A stretch of 64,000 nucleotides of DNA from assembly GCA_964016885.1 (NCBI GenBank), contig OZ024742.1, forward strand, positions 33,790,001-33,854,000, written 5' to 3'. Below, in pieces: positions 58,791 to 64,000 of the stretch (position 1 is its first letter; every line of letters starts with the position of its first letter). The notes under the pieces were generated by a model. It saw only the letters and a list, made by a program, of their open reading frames with translations, did no database searches and was not told the DNA's origin. Source of the DNA: Eledone cirrhosa (Eukaryota). The position numbers and the translations under genes are program-made.

Positions 58791-58796
<6 letters not shown>
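56727..58796. repeat. ~2.07-kb fold-back palindrome, centre ~57748
   Basis: ~1-kb arms of high identity, TA-flanked termini TTGG...CCAA, ~24-nt spacer; the terminus also occurs at 22577-22660. Confidence 0.92.
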
Positions 58797-59139
<343 letters not shown>

Positions 59140-61484
59140 GATAAATCTACCAAGAGTTTACGGTAGTGTCCAATCCGTATGAAGAACTCAATGTATTCCG
59201 GATATCATGGAAAGAAGAAATGTAATGAAAAATCACTTTCGGTGAAAGATAAACGGTATACAGAGTCAAGATAAAATATTAAACAAATAATGAATAAACA
59301 ATTTCTTATATTAAACAAAAAAAGTTCATTATTTAACGATCGTTTCTAGGATATATATGTATTAGAGTTGGCATGCATATTCAACAGATCTATGTACAAA
59401 ATTATACAAAATTATACAAACTATCAAGATTAAATATACATACCAACACATATATACGCCGTCTTCAGAAATAAATATATATATATATATATGTATCTGT
59501 ATATCTGTATATATATATATGTAATCCGTGTGTATTTTTGCATTGATAAAAATAAACGTATCATAATAAAAAAATCAAGTAGGAGAATAATATCAAGTAT
59601 CCCCACACACGTAGATAGTACTTTTATCAATACATACAAAACTGACATCTATATATGAACACAGCTACGTGCGTATGCCGCCTTGCATATATTTATCTCA
59701 TCATACATACGTACATACGTACGTATACACATATGTTCATATAGCAGCTTATAAACATATATAAAGAAACGCACAAATGTAGGCACGTTCACACATCGTA
59801 AGTTGTCTGAAGAGGCTGTTGAGTTTACGATCTGTCATTTGAAAGGTTCGAAGTTCTGGCTGAGATTTAGATTGGACATGGCTAACTTTTGTGTCTATTT
59901 TCAGAGAGACAGATACAAGTGCACACAAAAATAGGAAGGTGGGAAAGAAGTGAAACGAAATTAATAAAAATATAGAACTTTTTTTGTGAAACATCATATA
60001 AATCATAAATCATAATTATAAATGTGTTGCCTCAATACAAAATCGTAAAAACGTCTGTTTAGAATATATCTAGTTGTTAAGCTTCAAATTGCCTATAATG
60101 AAGAAGAGCTGTAACCAAGAGCTATGTACGCACGACCATTCCATCTGATTCCCAGGCTTAGTTTGCTCTGGACAACGTTGTGTAGAGGCTCTCACGTTGG
60201 CTTATAGTGTGCTAGTAATTACTAATAGTAGTTGTAGTGGAGACGTAACAGTTATTACGTATCTACTCCATAGCTTGCGGTACAATGTTCAAGGTTAATA
60301 AGGCTACTGCTGCTGTTCTGTTTTCGGCTGTGGATATAAGTATAGCTGAGTTGTTAAGAAGTTCGCTTCGCAGTCATGAGATCCCCGGAGTGTTGTGAAA
60401 AATATATTTACTATAAAGATCCTGATCGACGCATGTCTCTTGTGAATGAAATTAGTTTGATGGAAATTGCGTGGAAGCCCGACGGATGAATTGTACGTGT
60501 AACATGTGACAAAGTCCATCCTTGTCATAAATTGTATCTTACTGACTCTTCTTCTTCTTCTTCTTCTTCTTTTTCTTGGGAGGGTCGTGGGGGTAGAGTC
60601 AAAAACTCCTTCCAGCGGGTCATACTGACCCCATTTAGTAAGTATGTTATGGGAAGACGTATGTGTGTTATATTTATACATTAATATATTAACTGGCAGA
60701 GTACGATGTTTAGTTTAACGAGTAAATGAAGAATCGTTGTTGAAAATGTCAGGAGATCCATTAATTTTGTCTATATGTATTATTGTATTATTTCGGTTGA
60801 TGGCTTTGATTTAGAAAGGATCAGGCCCGTTAGGAGCAAAGTGTACTGCATGAAGACCACGTCTTCCGCCATCTCGCATTTACTTAACATATTACATGAT
60901 GCATTATTTTGCATATGCAGAATGATTAAAGATCATCAGTAAATATTTTCATTCATCCATTTAGGCATAAGCACATTACACTCATAGTATCTCAAACACT
61001 CAAAATTTACGTGTCAACACACATATACGCACACACACACACACACACATTCACACACAGGCACACATTCACACACAGACACACACACGACACCCACCCA
61101 CACACCCACACATTCACACACACACAAACACACACGCACACACTCATGCACAAATACACACATATATTCACACATCCCCCCCACACACATTCACATGTAC
61201 GTTTATTGATTCAACTTCAACTACTATATAAATCTAACTGAGTTGCCTGTTGGCGTCAATGTTCCGATATGAATAAGTTTATATACATACACAAACACTT
61301 ATACACTTGTAGAGAGATAGAGGGATATGCGCTTGGGTATTCACACGAGGGAAAAACTGTATGAAATACATAATTTTCATTAATTCATTGTGCGAAGTTA
61401 AAAGCTTCAATATATCACTACATCACTTCAAACGTTCGCCTGGAGAATTAACTTCGATCAATGGAATATCTATCTATCTTTCCA

Positions 61485-61626
<142 letters not shown>

Positions 61627-61875
61627 TATTTATGTGTGTGTGTATACGTACATATATACAGGGTGTTTCGGTATTTTGCAAAGTCTGGCCCCATAGGACA
61701 TGTAATCTAACTCTACAATGTCACTTTAAAATTTATTTATTATTTATATATAGTTTCCTTCTACATCAGTATATTTCGAACAACGTGTATTGTAACACAA
61801 AACTGGTTAATGAATGAAACTCAAATAAAAATTATAGTGTTAAATACATTTCTTAAGTGCGCGACATTGAAACTT

Positions 61876-61974
<99 letters not shown>

Positions 61975-61980
61975 GAGAGG

Positions 61981-62152
61981 TAGAACACTGGAAGGTAATA
62001 TCGGTAGTGGTAGAGCACTCAGTCCATCAGTCCATGGGACGAGTTCGGTAGATGTAGTAACACAAGATTTGTTAGTTCACCATACCAAGAATTTTTCTCG
62101 TCTCGGTATGGTGAACTAACCGTTGTGTTACTACTTCTCTCTCTCTCTCTCC

Positions 62153-62208
<56 letters not shown>

Positions 62209-62455
62209 GTATATAGTGGTGGAACACTGAAAGGTAATATCCGTAGTGGTAGAGCACTCAGTCCAAGGGACGAGTTAGGTAGAAGTGGTTACACAACAGT
62301 TAGTTCACCATACCGAGAACAATTGTTTCACCTTAGCGGATCTTCAGCTCGGGATGTGTATGGTTCCTATAACCATACACATCCCAAGCTGAAGATCCGC
62401 TAAGGTGAAACAATTGTTCTCGGTATGGTGAACTAACTGTTGTGTAACCACTTAT
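61981..62455. mobile_element. Two family G fold-back insertions; hammerheads at 62313-62352 (-) and 62384-62423 (+)
   Basis: ccgag CUGAAGA ucc-gcuaa-ggu GAAA caauug UU cucgg with palindromic stem III ACAAUUGU; palindrome centre ~62368. Confidence 0.82.
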
Positions 62456-62945
62456 ATATATATATACGTTCGTTAAATTTACGTGTATGTGAGCAAGATT
62501 CCACAGATACATGTACCCTTAAAGAAGTTTCTAGAAAGATTTAGTGTGAAAGATTTGACCTTTTGCATTAGAGGTACAACACATTTTTCCATTTGAGTGA
62601 TGTGAAACAACGTAAAATAAAGTATCTTGTTCAAGGACAGGACACACTGCTAAGAGTCAAACTCACGACCTTATGATAGTATGGTGAAGACTCTAAGTAG
62701 TCAACCACGTGCCTCACAATATCTTAATTCTATAAATAAGCTAATTCAAGTATATCTATTCATGCTACTAATACTCTAAACAACCTTTTGGTTATATTTA
62801 TACAGACATACGGGAAGGTCAAGGGTGGAACACCTTTGGTCATAAAGTTGTTCTATTAGCGGTGACCTTATGTTAAGCAACAACAGCAAGAATAACAACA
62901 TAAAATACATATAGAAATATAGCTGAATATAAATATTTCACTTAC

Positions 62946-63076
62946 TTTAATTTCTGCAAGGCCTCTTCTATAGATTCCACAGACACTTTCAAGTTCTTGT
63001 AAAGGCTAGGGTTGATTTTGGAAAGGAAATATTTGGCCGCACCGTTTTCTAAGGTACCCACTTGCATTGTTCGCAA
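62946..63076 (-). CDS. NMDA-type iGluR (GluN3-like) coding exon, start of S2
   Basis: Manual translation LRTMQVGTLENGAAKYFLSKINPSLYKNLKVSVESIEEALQKL+AA. Flanked by ttacag acceptor and gtaagt donor; 131 nt, ends in phase 2. Aligns to NMDA S2 GTVxxxS/T...ALxxLK. Confidence 0.85.
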
Positions 63077-63614
63077 CTGTAAATTGCAAGATTCATAAAA
63101 TATTATTCAATAAAGTAGAAAATAACGAAGCAATTATAACAATCTTATTTTCGATCTTTAGAACAGAGATACGCGATATGGTACAGCTGAAACATTAGTG
63201 GTCAACACAAAATTTCAATGATCCACGAGTTTCGTAAGACCCAAGACTTACTTCTGTTACCTCTGTTACTTCTGTTACTTTTGTTTTTATATACCACTGT
63301 CTAAAATAGAAATCTGGTAAAAGTAAATTTACATCGATTATATTTTACAATGTCCGATTAATTCCTTAATTTAAAATATTTATGTCCCACCGCGTTGCGT
63401 ATTACAATTAACAGAACATTTATATTTGGTGTTCCAAGAAATTTTCATCATGAATTTTGTGGACCTTTTCTGAAAATGGTTGTTTATGAGAGCACAATGG
63501 TTGTATATGTGGACATTTTCTGAAAATGGTTGTGTATGAAACGTCCCTCAATATTGATAGAAAATAACTATAATGAAAGGTGTTTCAGTCGGGGTGGTCC
63601 CGTCTTTACTGGTT

Positions 63615-63850
63615 TAACTAGAGCGGCGGTTATTCCGTCCACGTATTTGATCTTGCCTCGCTTCAGTAAGCCAAATTCCATTAGGATGTCCAAACTAAAG
63701 TCATGCACTGTGTTCGTAAATGAACTAATTTGGGATTCGTCTTTTCCATATAATTTCGGATCATCCATGAATAATAGAGGATTGACCCTTTGTTGTTGTC
63801 CCCTAAACTCATACCTTGCTTTAGTTCTTCTCAACAATAGCAGCAAGGTA
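63615..63850 (-). mobile_element. R4/Dong-like LINE RT fragment
   Basis: VNPLLFMDDPKLYGK...FSLDILMEFGL. Confidence 0.75.
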
Positions 63851-64000
63851 TAACATTAATATTGAAGGTACGTCGGTTAGTGGTTAGGATGTTCGGGCAC
63901 GATCGTAAGGTTATGAGTTCCATTGCTGCTAGTGTCTTGTGTCCTTAAGCAAGGCGCGTTATTTCACATTGCTCCAGTCCTTTCAACTGGTAAACCTCAG

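Noticed and set aside
60418-60462. CUGAUCGA...GAAA motif
   Set aside because: Non-canonical core, weak stems and a single copy.

Overview
AT-rich, microsatellite-dense animal genomic DNA. The SINE and repeat content suggests an octopus-like cephalopod (inference). One host gene is supported: three phase-consistent minus-strand exons (63076-62946, 48080-47930, 36052-35762) of an NMDA-type ionotropic glutamate receptor subunit most like GluN3, covering the S2 ligand-binding lobe and M4, with introns of about 12-15 kb. The rest is repeats: tRNA-derived SINEs, RTE-like and RLE-type LINE fragments, a mariner derivative, MITEs, Helentron-like elements and several decayed Penelope-like (RT + GIY-YIG) elements. 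The most striking signal is more than 15 minimal type-I hammerhead ribozyme motifs in at least 7 short non-coding families, several with compensatory stem changes between copies. Most sit in (TA)n tracts as inverted fold-back insertions. One locus (16590-17930) is a recent, circularly permuted, longer-than-unit tandem of a 467-bp monomer in both orientations, as expected of a retrozyme-like circular RNA copied by a Penelope RT. Almost all listed short ORFs are microsatellite artefacts. Repeat boundaries were read by eye and are approximate.
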